DNA of 64,000 nucleotides, taken from Naegleria gruberi (taxonomy: Eukaryota). Position 1 is the first letter of the stretch, and every line of letters starts with the position of its first letter. This document shows, piece by piece, positions 43,537-54,033 of this stretch. The translations under genes were made by a program, and so were the position numbers. The DNA is taken from assembly GCA_000004985.1 (NCBI GenBank), contig GG738853.1. One strand, 5' to 3'. Under the pieces are notes generated by a model. That model had not been told where the DNA came from and did no database searches. It saw only the letters and a list, made by a program, of their open reading frames with translations.

Positions 43537-44721
43537 GGTTGTTTAAAGGAATACGAAGGAAAAGGAGTGGTTTTAGAAAACTTGTGCTTTAAACGCTTGA
43601 AAATTGATGATGATCGAGAATGGAGTAGTGGAGGGTTAACAAAATTTTAGATATTGATGGATATCTAATACAAATATTATCTGCTGTTCAATATAAATTA
43701 AAGAGAGTGGTATGTTTTTGTTGATATATGCCGATAATCCCAGTACTGTGGTGCTGTCTCGTCGTCCAGTAGTAGTACTGTGATGATGATGATTACGGTG
43801 GAAAAAGGGAAAGGAAAAAAACAACAACTTGAATGATATATTAGCAAACGGAAAATGTCCAAGTTGAATTGTTGTTGAGCAATAGCCAATGTTGAGCAAG
43901 TAAGTAGTAGTAGTAGATGTGTATATGTTTTGAGAAGAACAACTACAATAACCCACTCTTCAATTAGCCAATAGAGGTAGAAGAAGATTTTGCGAGAGGT
44001 GAGGTGAACGGGAAAGTTTTAAATTTTTTTTAATAATAGAAATCATCATTTGTTTTTCCCTCCAAATTTTCTGAATGTGGAAGTGCTTGGTTGTTTACAG
44101 AGATGGGAAAAAATTGTGCCACTCACATTTGTGGTGTGATTTGAGCGCTAGTATTGAAATAAGGATATTGTTTGCTATTTTACTGCAAAGATTTTTGTTC
44201 TTATTAATTCTATTCTCATCTCTCTCTTATTATTGTTGGTATTTAATAATGGACAGTATAGGTGGCCAAAGTAATTGTGTCTGAGGAGAGTGAACAGGTA
44301 GTTATCTGTTCCTTGTTATTAAACAAGTCATTAATCATTGGCTGGAAAGGATGACTTGTGTGAAATATTGAAAATATTAGGATGAGACCTAATAAGGTTG
44401 TGTGGAAAGTTAGTTTGTGAGGACTGTAGATGGTGGTTGTTGCATCAACACATCAACAGAATTGTGCTTTCCATAGGCTGCTTGAAAGTCCTTTTTGCAT
44501 TTGTCAATAATAATTTGGAGATCCAATCGAAAGGGAAGAAAGCAATTGAACGCGTTATGCATCAAATTGGATCCACTCAACTGTTTACAAAACGTAACGG
44601 TTGCGACTTGTTTGTCATAGTTGCTGTGACGGAGCACTTAAAAATGCCAAGGCTCAAAAACCAATCTAAAAAAAAGTAACAACAACAAACACTAGGATTA
44701 TCAATCTAAAATACAACAGAA

Positions 44722-45219
44722 ATGACTGAATCAGCTCCAGCCCAAAACGTCGAAACCAAGAAGACTGCCACAAAGAAAGATAAGAAGGACAAGGCCAAGC
44801 CAGTTTCTAGATCAAGCAAGGCCGGTTTGCAATTCCCAGTTGGTAGAATCCATCGTCACTTGAAGCAACGTGTTCACTCAGGATCAAGAGTTTCTGCTAC
44901 TTCATCTGTCTACGTTGCTGCTATTCTTGAATATTTGTGTGCTGAAGTCCTCGAATTGGCTGGTAATGCCTCAAAGGATTTGAAGGTCAAGAGAATTACT
45001 CCAAGACATTTGCAATTGGCCATTAGAGGTGACGAAGAATTGGACAAGTTGATTAAGGGTACTATTGCCGGAGGTGGTGTTATTCCACACATTCACAAGT
45101 CTTTGATTAATGCTGGTGTTACCAAGCCAGCCACAAAGGCTTCTTCTAAGGCTTCATCATCAACTCCTGCTGCCGAAAGCAAGGAAGCTGCTGAACCAGT
45201 TCAATCCCAAGATTATTAA
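44722..45219 (+). CDS. H2AX: Histone H2A.X
   Basis: Histone-fold core [67 protein letters not shown]-terminal SQDY matches the SQ[E/D][Y/F] motif of H2A.X. Extended Lys-rich N- and C-tails. Confidence 0.9.
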   Translation: MTESAPAQNVETKKTATKKDKKDKAKPVSRSSKAGLQFPVGRIHRHLKQRVHSGSRVSATSSVYVAAILEYLCAEVLELAGNASKDLKVKRITPRHLQLAIRGDEELDKLIKGTIAGGGVIPHIHKSLINAGVTKPATKASSKASSSTPAAESKEAAEPVQSQDY

Positions 45220-45557
45220 TCTACTCCCATAACACATCTTTCAAATAACATCAACAACAAAACCAACCTAGATATGAATTACCACTAATTCCTTTTTGCC
45301 CTGTATATATAAAACAGTCCACGAGACAATAAAACTCTAAATTAAATATTTATGATTAAATGTGAATAGTTTTCTTCTTTCGATTACTGCTACATGAATA
45401 AGTACTTTTTGATTCGATAGCATCCTATCCCAATGTCATCAAAGTCATTTGAAGACATTATTACAGTTGATTTTCAAGATTAAAAAAATCCTACACATTG
45501 AAATAGTTGTTGCATTGCAGGAAATATTGGAAACAATATGAAAAGTAGTTGATAATT

Positions 45558-46670
45558 TTAGAGTTTACTAACAGTTGTTGCAGCAGCATCATCTTGTTCA
45601 TCACTATTAGCTTGTGGATTCAACTCCATAATTTCAAAATCAAATCTATACTCATATCCGAGCTTATCGTAAATAGGAAGACCATCAAGAGAGGCTTGAA
45701 TAACAATGTATTCATACTTGTCCTTTCTGGTCTTGGCCAATTCAAGCATGGCAATCATCATGACAGTGGCAAATCCCTTTCCTCTATACTTTGGTTTAGT
45801 ACACAAATTACTTCCATAGCAAGTTCTTGGTCCAAAGAAGACTTGTCCAGTGGTTGCAATCTCATTGGTAGCCAAATCCTTGATACAAATCCATGAGAAT
45901 TCATCAGAGTGGAGAGGATAGGTATTATTCATTACTTCAGCAGTCAGTGGACCAGATTTAAAGTCAGTAAAGGTCTCTTGCATACAATCAATGACTTGAA
46001 TTAATTCTTCACGAGTCTCTACAATTTTCATCACAAAATCATTACCCAATTGACATACAACATTCTCACCATTGCTGATTTGGAAAGGTTGGAGTATTCC
46101 CTTATATCCCATAGTATTCTGCATCATTTCCTTCTTACTCTTCATGTAGGAAGTTTCCTCTTCACGTAAATAATAGATCATTCCATGATAGACACTATAA
46201 TCGGTAACATATTGTCCAAGTCTTTCATAGAGAGGTTGATATTTGGTGAGTCTACCTTCGGAATCTAACAAACCCTCCTGAACCATCTTTTCAGTTTGTT
46301 GTTCAACTCTTCCATTCTCAACTAACAAGGTTTTACATTTGGTATCGGGCAGGAAGAGGTAAACCAATGAACGTTTAGCTTGTTTTTCAACAAGGTCAAT
46401 CAATTCAAAATTAGTAATATCATCCCTGCAGGTGTAAGTTGGATTTGGCTCATCCAATTCCTCATATCCAGGTTTAATGCAATTGATGGACTCTTTTTCT
46501 GTTTCTTGTAAATCGGAGAGAGTAGGAATGGCTCTTACCATAATTTGATTCATTTCAAAAATTGAATAGCTAATATCGGCATTCTCCTGTTCTAATTTCT
46601 TCTGTTGTTGGTTAATGATGCTATTAAGAGAATAAGTAGTGTTGGTGGTACATGATGTTGTTTCACTCAT
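45558..46670 (-). CDS. GNAT-family N-acetyltransferase domain protein
   Basis: The C-terminal region KPKYRGKGFATVMMIAMLELAKT..YEYIVIQASLDGLPIYDKLGYE fits GNAT motif A (R/Q-x-x-G-x-G/A) and motif B. The N-terminal about 230 aa are unassigned. Confidence 0.6.
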   Translation of the reverse strand: MSETTSCTTNTTYSLNSIINQQQKKLEQENADISYSIFEMNQIMVRAIPTLSDLQETEKESINCIKPGYEELDEPNPTYTCRDDITNFELIDLVEKQAKRSLVYLFLPDTKCKTLLVENGRVEQQTEKMVQEGLLDSEGRLTKYQPLYERLGQYVTDYSVYHGMIYYLREEETSYMKSKKEMMQNTMGYKGILQPFQISNGENVVCQLGNDFVMKIVETREELIQVIDCMQETFTDFKSGPLTAEVMNNTYPLHSDEFSWICIKDLATNEIATTGQVFFGPRTCYGSNLCTKPKYRGKGFATVMMIAMLELAKTRKDKYEYIVIQASLDGLPIYDKLGYEYRFDFEIMELNPQANSDEQDDAAATTVSKL

Positions 46671-47159
46671 TTTTTGATTCTCAGCTGAATTATTGGATGG
46701 TGGATAATATGCAACTTGTGAAATACGGTGAGTGTTGTGTGAAAAAAGTGTCCGATAATTAGAGAGATTGAATAGGTTGTGTGAATAATATTTGTTTTCT
46801 CAGTGAGTGGTGATGCTTCACAAAGATGACAAAATTGTTGAGATGGTTGCTGTTTGGGTATTGAGTATGGATGATAGTAGGTGGATTGGGATTGGAAATT
46901 AGGATGTCGTTTTGATGTTATTGGAAGAGTTTGCTTTCTGGGATAATTGAAAATGTTCCGAACATGTTGTTGAAGAATCCAGAATAAATTTGCTTACAAT
47001 AAACTTGTTTTCAGTCATCTACAGATATTCACTTAACATTTCTGTATTGAGGAAGATTGAATTATTGTGTACATGATCATCCATAAACATTCGAATAGTT
47101 TGCACTTCTTTTATCAATTTCAATAATAATATATTAATAATTTTATTTAATTAAAAAAA

Positions 47160-48578
47160 ATGATTGAAGTTGAACCAATGAAACCCGTTCGCATTATTTG
47201 TGAACTCAAGGCTACACCAAATGATGCTGTTGATGATGATCAGAACAATAACACAGAGCAGAAAAATCCAAAGGATGAATTTGGTTATCCAAAGACAAGC
47301 CTTGAATATATTACAAAATATTATCAAGATCATCCGGAGGAGAGCAGCAATCCAGAGAATTTTGCAATTATTGTCGGATCCGATAATTATGATGGTACTC
47401 ATGTCAAGGCGATGATATTTGATCTTGAAAAGTATAACATTAAAGATGTTATTGCTATGGAAACTACAGTAATATTTCTGGCAAAGAATGGAGTTTGCTA
47501 TTGTTTATTATATGAAGAAAGCAATTATTGGACTCATAGATTGAACAATGCTAACGAGATTAATGGAGAAATTGCATATGCAGCTACATTTTCGTTGGAA
47601 GATCCTGTAGAGAGAGTCATAGCAAGAGAAGGTGTCATGTTTATTACAAAATCAGGAAGATTGATTTATTGGAATAGGAGTGACAATTTGGAGTTTGAAC
47701 CGGCCCAGTTTGATTATGAAAAAATTGTTGACATTGCATTAGGTGATGGTCACACTTTATTCCTATCAGAAAATGGTAACTTATATGGATATGGAAGCAA
47801 TAGTAGGTTTTTATTATTGATTTAAAATTATTAATCTATTGAAATAGCTGCTGGTCAATTAGGTAATGACATCTCTCACAAATCACATCATGTAAAATTT
47901 AATATTTCACACATACCTGACCGTATTGTAAAGGTTTACGCTACCTACAATACAACTCTAGTTTTAACTGAATCAGGTCATGTATACTCATGTGGAGATA
48001 GCTCATATGGAGCTCACGGACATGCTAATTATACTGAAGGAGGAGGACTTTGCAAAATTGATTTTCCACACAGGGTTGTGGATATTTTCCCTGGTCTGTT
48101 CTTTGTGGCACTAAAAACTATTCAAGACGAGTATTATGTATTTGGCTATAACAACATGTCACAATTTGGACAGTCACATACTATTGAAGAAAGAATTAAT
48201 GGACCTCATTATTTAGATACATTCCAACAAGAAAATATAGAAAGATTGTCATGTGGAGGTTATCATTCATTAATTGTTACAAAGGATCAGAGAGTATACA
48301 TTGCTGGATGGCCAATCGCACATGATTGTTTTCCTTCCAAGGAAAAAACATATCATTTTGTCGATGTGAATGCAATTCTTGGAAGAAAAATACCACTTCC
48401 TTCATATACCGAATTATATGCCACAACTGGACTATACTATATATTGATACAATCAAAGTCAAAATCTACAAATAGGTTTAATTTCAAAAAGAGTTACAAA
48501 ATTTGTGACATTTCATTCAATTTTGAAACAAATACCATAGAACCATATCCTGCATTCATGAACGATGAATATCATTAG
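47160..48578 (+). CDS. RCC1-repeat (regulator of chromosome condensation-like) protein, 2 exons
   Basis: ORFs 47160..47825 and 48078..48578 are the same frame, joined by a 45-nt intron 47803..47847 (GTAGGT..AAATAG). RCC1-type repeats: ALGDGHTLFLSENGNLYGYGSN, AAGQLGND, VLTESGHVYSCGDSSYGAHGH, YVFGYNNMSQFGQ, LIVTKDQRVYIAGW. Confidence 0.7.
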
Positions 48579-48919
48579 AAATGTGATGAATGCTGGTCGA
48601 TGATTGTTAAGAATTTAGTGAGTGATTTTATTTACATTAGAAAGTATGAGATAGTTCTACTCTTGGGATTTAAACTTGCTCCTCCCAAAATCTGATTCCT
48701 TCCCCAATCTGAAAACATTATACGTTATGTATATTCAAGGAAAAGTTCCAAGTTTCCTAACAACTTTGGGAAAGAATGAAAATTTCTTCCAAATTACAAG
48801 ATTTTACAATAGGAATGTTGATTCTTTGGATTTACAGTTGAAAATATCATAAAGCAAGGTCAAATCTTTAGAAAATGAAGATGAAGGACAGTGAATCATA
48901 AATAAATTGAGATTTCAAT

Positions 48920-51127
48920 TTACTCAACTGTAATATTTGAAGAAACAACCTTGCCATCAACCAATTTTCTAAGTTCCATATTGTAAGGTCTCTTTGCAAG
49001 GATATTCTGAACAGTTTGTCTCAAATTTGTAAAGATTTTCCACTCATTACATGCATTATCATCTGGTAATTGGATTACAACATCAAACACTGGATCTGCC
49101 TTCAATTGAAGTCTCATCTTTTCTCCATCTCTTGATGCATTCCTATCACCCATAATCACGCTCTCAACACCTCCTAATAAATCACACAAAATTGGGTTTT
49201 TAAGAATTGATTTCATATCACCGTGAGCACTTCCACACAAAATGACACCCCTTTGGGAAATGGTTCTTGCTGTGCTTACCTCATCTTTTGTTCCAATCTC
49301 ATCAATGACAATTACTTCTGGGGTGTGATTTTGAACTGCTTGAATCATGACTTCTTGTTGTCTTCTAATGTCAGCAACTTGCATTCTTCTCGCCTTTCCT
49401 ATAGCAACATGGGGTATATCACCAAATCCTCCAATTTCACACGAAGTGTCTACAACCACAACTCTTCTCGATTCTGAAAGTGTCTTGGCAAAATCTCTGA
49501 TAAAAGTAGTCTTTCCTGCTCCTGGTTTACCTAACAACAAAATACTCTTTCCTTCTTCTATCAAATCTGAGAACACTTTAGCTCTTCCCATCACTGCTCT
49601 TCCCACTCTCAAGGTTAGTCCAATAATTTTTGCCTCTCTATTGAGCATGGCACTAATTCTGTGCAGTGATCCATCCATACCAGCTCTATTGTCAGTTCCA
49701 AATGATAGCTTGTTAACAATTTCATCAATTTCTTCCTGTTTCACAATGAAGGTTGGATTACTGTATGGTTCCTTTTTGTGGTAGAAGAATAATTCATAAG
49801 GCCTACCTTTGTCCATGGCCACTTCTATTAAATTGTTAACGTCTTCTCCTGATATGGTTGATAATTGTTCCTGAATCTTCTTTGGAAACAAATCCAAGAA
49901 ACTATAAATTTGATTGATTATTGTTACGTTAAAATCAGAGTGTTGCGTCAATATGGCGACATCTTGTTGGGCTGGCTCTTCAAGTGTTGATTTAACCTTA
50001 ATAGTCTCTTGTTTGATGGTTGGGTTTTGCAGTTGATTGTAAATTCCATTCCACAACTTTTTGACTTCTTCATCAACCATAGACAAGATTAATTTAGCTT
50101 CGTCGTTTACAGAATCAGTCATGGCTTGATACAATTGTACAAGTGTTCTAACATCTCCTGAAGCATAATTCAACATTTCTTTAGTAAATATCTTATTGCC
50201 CCAACTTCCAGTACTATGCAGCTTTTTTCCCAAATGTTTGTAACTATTTCCAGGCACCTCATACAATTCACACAGATCATTGAATGAAATATTTCTTTGA
50301 GTATCACTTATTATTTGATAGAGTATTGAAGTGTCAACAATTGATGTTACAATTATTCCAAAATCCTTAAATAATCCACATAAATCATTTTCACAATCAT
50401 GAATTACTTTCAAAATAGTTTCATCACCAAGTACTGTCTTTACAGCATTAACAATAGTTGGATCTTTAAGTTTCATATCAAATAAATATTGAACACCATG
50501 TGCTGAAATCTGAACTAGTGTCAATTTTCCATTTCTTCCCAAATTCACACCTTCACAATCAACACCAATCATCTTTGTAGAATGCTTTGACATGTTAGAT
50601 AGAAATTCATTAGCAAAACTTGGAGTATTCACCAAAACTATATCACCATTATCAACACTCTTCTCAATAGGCATTTCCTTTCCTTTACTCTTCTCAATCA
50701 ATGCATTCAATTTTGATAGAATATTCTTGATTGACTTTTTACCAAAATGTTGAAAAGCACTTGCCAATTCTAAAGCACTACATTGTTGCAATAGTTCCAT
50801 TCCACTTCCAAATGTTTTTTGGGATTTAATTTGTAGTTTTGGAATTTTAATTTGTAAAGTTAGAGTATCTGCCTTTTCATCATATCGGAACCATCCACTA
50901 CTCTCACCACTAAACATTACATCGTAGACATCTTGCCACGATGGTAAATCATCGAATTGCTTTTGATAGGGTTCATAGGAATATTGACATTCGAGAGTGC
51001 CTTCAAATTGATTACTGGTTGCTGGTTTTCCATTGGACAGGACACAAACTGCATAGGCACGGATTAGTTTATCAAGGAGAGTATGATTGTCGGTCATGTT
51101 GTTGATGTTTTTTAATTGTATGTACAA
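48920..51127 (-). CDS. Fusion protein: 3'-5' exonuclease (DEDD/RNase D-like) domain plus ycf45/SpoIIIAA-like P-loop ATPase
   Basis: Middle region IGVDCEGVNLGRNGKLTLVQIS..YLFDM..LKVIHDCENDLCGLFKDFGI..IVDTSIL has the Exo I-III motif arrangement. The C-terminus ILLLGKPGAGKTTFIRDFAKTL..RVVVVDTSCEIGGFGDIPHVAIGKARRMQV..VMIQAVQNHTPEVIVIDEIGT..GSAHG..ILKNPILCDLLGGVESV closely matches the plant/cyanobacterial ycf45-like ATPase as recalled from memory. Confidence 0.65.
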   Translation of the reverse strand: MYIQLKNINNMTDNHTLLDKLIRAYAVCVLSNGKPATSNQFEGTLECQYSYEPYQKQFDDLPSWQDVYDVMFSGESSGWFRYDEKADTLTLQIKIPKLQIKSQKTFGSGMELLQQCSALELASAFQHFGKKSIKNILSKLNALIEKSKGKEMPIEKSVDNGDIVLVNTPSFANEFLSNMSKHSTKMIGVDCEGVNLGRNGKLTLVQISAHGVQYLFDMKLKDPTIVNAVKTVLGDETILKVIHDCENDLCGLFKDFGIIVTSIVDTSILYQIISDTQRNISFNDLCELYEVPGNSYKHLGKKLHSTGSWGNKIFTKEMLNYASGDVRTLVQLYQAMTDSVNDEAKLILSMVDEEVKKLWNGIYNQLQNPTIKQETIKVKSTLEEPAQQDVAILTQHSDFNVTIINQIYSFLDLFPKKIQEQLSTISGEDVNNLIEVAMDKGRPYELFFYHKKEPYSNPTFIVKQEEIDEIVNKLSFGTDNRAGMDGSLHRISAMLNREAKIIGLTLRVGRAVMGRAKVFSDLIEEGKSILLLGKPGAGKTTFIRDFAKTLSESRRVVVVDTSCEIGGFGDIPHVAIGKARRMQVADIRRQQEVMIQAVQNHTPEVIVIDEIGTKDEVSTARTISQRGVILCGSAHGDMKSILKNPILCDLLGGVESVIMGDRNASRDGEKMRLQLKADPVFDVVIQLPDDNACNEWKIFTNLRQTVQNILAKRPYNMELRKLVDGKVVSSNITVE

Positions 51128-51407
51128 TAATTATTTGAATCGTGATGGTTGATGACTAAAGAGTTCCTCATTCCTCAGTTTAGCCCATAACTCACACACT
51201 GATACTCACAAGTGAATCCATCATCCAGGGACCAATTGATTCATTGGTTTGTTTTTTTTTAAAGTGGACAGAGCAGTTGATGCATCTTTTTATTCGGTCG
51301 CTTACTAAGGAACCAACAACGGAAGAGTCTTTCCATCCTGTTCCTTATCACAAATTTACAACTCTATTAAGGCGCGGAATTCATCTTCTTCGTCTCTTTG
51401 TTTCTCC

Positions 51408-52508
51408 ATGGTTGTAGGAAATGATGAGGAAAAGTATAAGAGTTTGATATTCAACGCTTTCTGCAAATTCTTCACTCACCATTCTTTTCAAGAATTTAAT
51501 CTTCAAGGAAGAAGGAACTCGACTTCAATTCAACAACATTCATCTTTCCTGATCAACAATTACAACAACAATCAAAAAAAATACCTCACCTTCGCACAAC
51601 CTTTTGCTTGTTCGCCATCTGGTACTATTTTTTTTCACATGGAATTTATAGAACTTTCGGATGATAATTGTTTCGAAATAATTAGTTATTTGGATAATTG
51701 GTTTGTTTTGAAAAATTGCACACTCATTTCCAAGCAATGGTATGACGTGATTCGGTATCGTGTTTCGAATCTTTCCATTTCTTTTAGAAAGAAAATGGAC
51801 GAGGAAAGAGTTTCGAATATATGGAAGAGTGAATTTTTGAATTGCATTAGCAAGGTTCATGTCGGATGTTATGTTGGAAAGAGTTTCTTATTAGCCCTCC
51901 AGAAAATGAAAAATTTAACTTGGTTGGATATTCATTCGAATCAGATTGATTCTGAAGGAGCTCGATTAATTAGTCAAATTCAACAATTGAAATATCTGGA
52001 TATTGGATGCAATCAAATTGGGACGAAAGGAGCCGAATTTATGAGTGAAATGAAACAATTAACTTGCCTAAAAGTCAATAATAATCAACTGAAAGATGAG
52101 GCAATGCAATCAATTGGTCAATTGGAAAATTTAACACATCTTAATGTGAATGGAAATGAAATTCACTCAAATGGTGTTGAACACATTGTGAATTTGAAAC
52201 AATTGACTCGACTTGAAATGAATTGTAATGAAATTAGAAATCTTAATCCTGATTCGATTAGTCAACTTTCGAATTTGACCTATCTTGATATTTACAATAA
52301 TAATACAGGAAATTCGGCTGTGCAAGCAATTACAAGTCTGAAACAATTAACTTTCCTAAATATTGGTTACAATGGAGTTACTTGGTTTGGAGCTTTCTCA
52401 TTGAGCGAAATGAAACAATTGAAAAATCTTAAAATGAAAAGCAATTCAATTGGAAACGATGGACTAGAAGCTTTAAAAAGTTTAATATTTACACAAATTG
52501 AATTGTAA
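51408..52508 (+). CDS. F-box/LRR protein (MSEMKQLT-type repeats)
   Basis: F-box DDNCFEIISYLDNWFVLKNCTLISKQWYDVI, then 24-aa repeats (LDIHSNQIDSEGARLISQIQQLKY, LDIGCNQIGTKGAEFMSEMKQLTC ..). Paralogous to the 22592..23777 gene. The true start is probably the internal Met (MEFIELSDD, about 51639). Confidence 0.7.
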   Translation: MVVGNDEEKYKSLIFNAFCKFFTHHSFQEFNLQGRRNSTSIQQHSSFLINNYNNNQKKYLTFAQPFACSPSGTIFFHMEFIELSDDNCFEIISYLDNWFVLKNCTLISKQWYDVIRYRVSNLSISFRKKMDEERVSNIWKSEFLNCISKVHVGCYVGKSFLLALQKMKNLTWLDIHSNQIDSEGARLISQIQQLKYLDIGCNQIGTKGAEFMSEMKQLTCLKVNNNQLKDEAMQSIGQLENLTHLNVNGNEIHSNGVEHIVNLKQLTRLEMNCNEIRNLNPDSISQLSNLTYLDIYNNNTGNSAVQAITSLKQLTFLNIGYNGVTWFGAFSLSEMKQLKNLKMKSNSIGNDGLEALKSLIFTQIEL

Positions 52509-52602
52509 TAATTATAAAATCAAACAAAATTGACAAGAAAAAAAGAAGAAACGTATTTGCACCTAAAATGGAAATTCTAAATTTTTAAATTTCTAAAAAA
52601 AA

Positions 52603-53637
52603 ATGCTAAAATCAATCACCACGTTTATCAAGAATAAAATTTCATATGATGATGATAATCAGCCCACTCGGAATGAAATTAAAGAAATTATTTTATTAGA
52701 AAAGAATTTAGAATTTGATTTTCTCCGATCGAATAATTCAAATGGTGATGATCAAGAAGTATCGTCATCATTAGTGAACATGAGGAATAATTCTGTTGAT
52801 AATCTATTGGAGAGTTATCTTCCCGATGAAATGATAATTCACATTTTACAATTTCTTCCAATTACTTGTTTGATAAATCTGGAACGAATTTCACAGAATT
52901 TCAGAAATTATTGGTGTCAATTACCTGAATTGTGGAAGAATCAATTGAATGGAAGGAATATAATGCCCTTCTTACCAATGAATTATGGATCAACAAGAAA
53001 ATACTACCAGAATCAGTTATATTTCGAACAGTTTTTTAAACCAAAATTGGTTAATTCATTTACAATTTTGAAAAAGAATGAAGTATCTTCAAATTTTGCC
53101 ACTCGTTGTTCTTTAATCCTGTTGGGGGATGGATTTTTACAAAAAAGATTCTTGCTACGTATCTGCTCTCTATTTAATTTATCAGCTAGTAAGGGAACAG
53201 TCAGATTTAAGGTAGATCCATATACGGATAATCATTGCATTGATATAATTACAAGTAATCCATGGGTTATCCATACTGCAAGACAGCAGCAAGCAAAAAT
53301 TGCTTGTTTTTGTTTCAATCTCAATGATTATGAATCATTTGTTCAATTTTTTAAATTTAGCTTTTTAAGTTGGAAAAAATCAAATGAACTAGAGGATGAA
53401 GTAATGGAACATTTAGAAAGGAATGAGAAATTTGTATTGATATTTGGATTTTTATCAGATAATGAGGAGGAAAAGGTTCCTCATGGAGAAATTTGTAAAT
53501 TCATTGAGGATAACTTTGGAAAATCATCAATTTCTCAATTACACTCTAACAGAGTGCAATATTTCAAAATCAATCCAGTCAGTGCTTCGATTGAGAATTT
53601 ACTATTTCCAATATTGTATGCCAGATGCTTACTCTAA
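52603..53637 (+). CDS. F-box protein with a degenerate GTPase-like C-terminal region (hypothetical)
   Basis: F-box LPDEMIIHILQFLPITCLINLERISQNFRNYW. Downstream LLGDGFLQKRFL and KIACFCFNLNDYESF vaguely recall Rho G1/G3 regions. The 3' end may splice (GTATGC.. about 37 nt) into the overlapping frame 53444..53707. Confidence 0.4.
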   Translation: MLKSITTFIKNKISYDDDNQPTRNEIKEIILLEKNLEFDFLRSNNSNGDDQEVSSSLVNMRNNSVDNLLESYLPDEMIIHILQFLPITCLINLERISQNFRNYWCQLPELWKNQLNGRNIMPFLPMNYGSTRKYYQNQLYFEQFFKPKLVNSFTILKKNEVSSNFATRCSLILLGDGFLQKRFLLRICSLFNLSASKGTVRFKVDPYTDNHCIDIITSNPWVIHTARQQQAKIACFCFNLNDYESFVQFFKFSFLSWKKSNELEDEVMEHLERNEKFVLIFGFLSDNEEEKVPHGEICKFIEDNFGKSSISQLHSNRVQYFKINPVSASIENLLFPILYARCLL

Positions 53638-54033
53638 ACATTTCACAGAGAGTACGATTCAATTTAAGGGATGGGAAAATTTCTACAATTATTATTCCTT
53701 TCTGTAGATAATTTATTAGAAAGTCTATTTGAAATAGTGAAAACCACTAATAAAAATGTCAACGAATGTGTACTTTTCAATTCGAAACTCAATTTTCTTT
53801 CAAATTCCAATCAAAAGATTTAATATTGAGCTATAAGGAAATCTGATCACGATTTCATCATATTTTATGATACTTTCTCATACGTATCCAGTTACCTATT
53901 CTTTTGTGCTTCCTGCGGAGCATTGAGTGGAAAGAAAGCTACTTGAAAAAATATCCATTTCCCAATCTGGAAAAACTACTCCGCAAACTATTTATGAAAA
54001 GAAATAACCAGTACTATTAATAATATTGAAAAA

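Noticed and set aside
43636-44679. Several 60-110-aa ORFs in the 1.2-kb spacer between the DYRK gene and H2A.X
   Set aside because: Low-complexity, overlapping on both strands, with no conserved motifs. This is more likely a divergent promoter/UTR region. Not called as genes.
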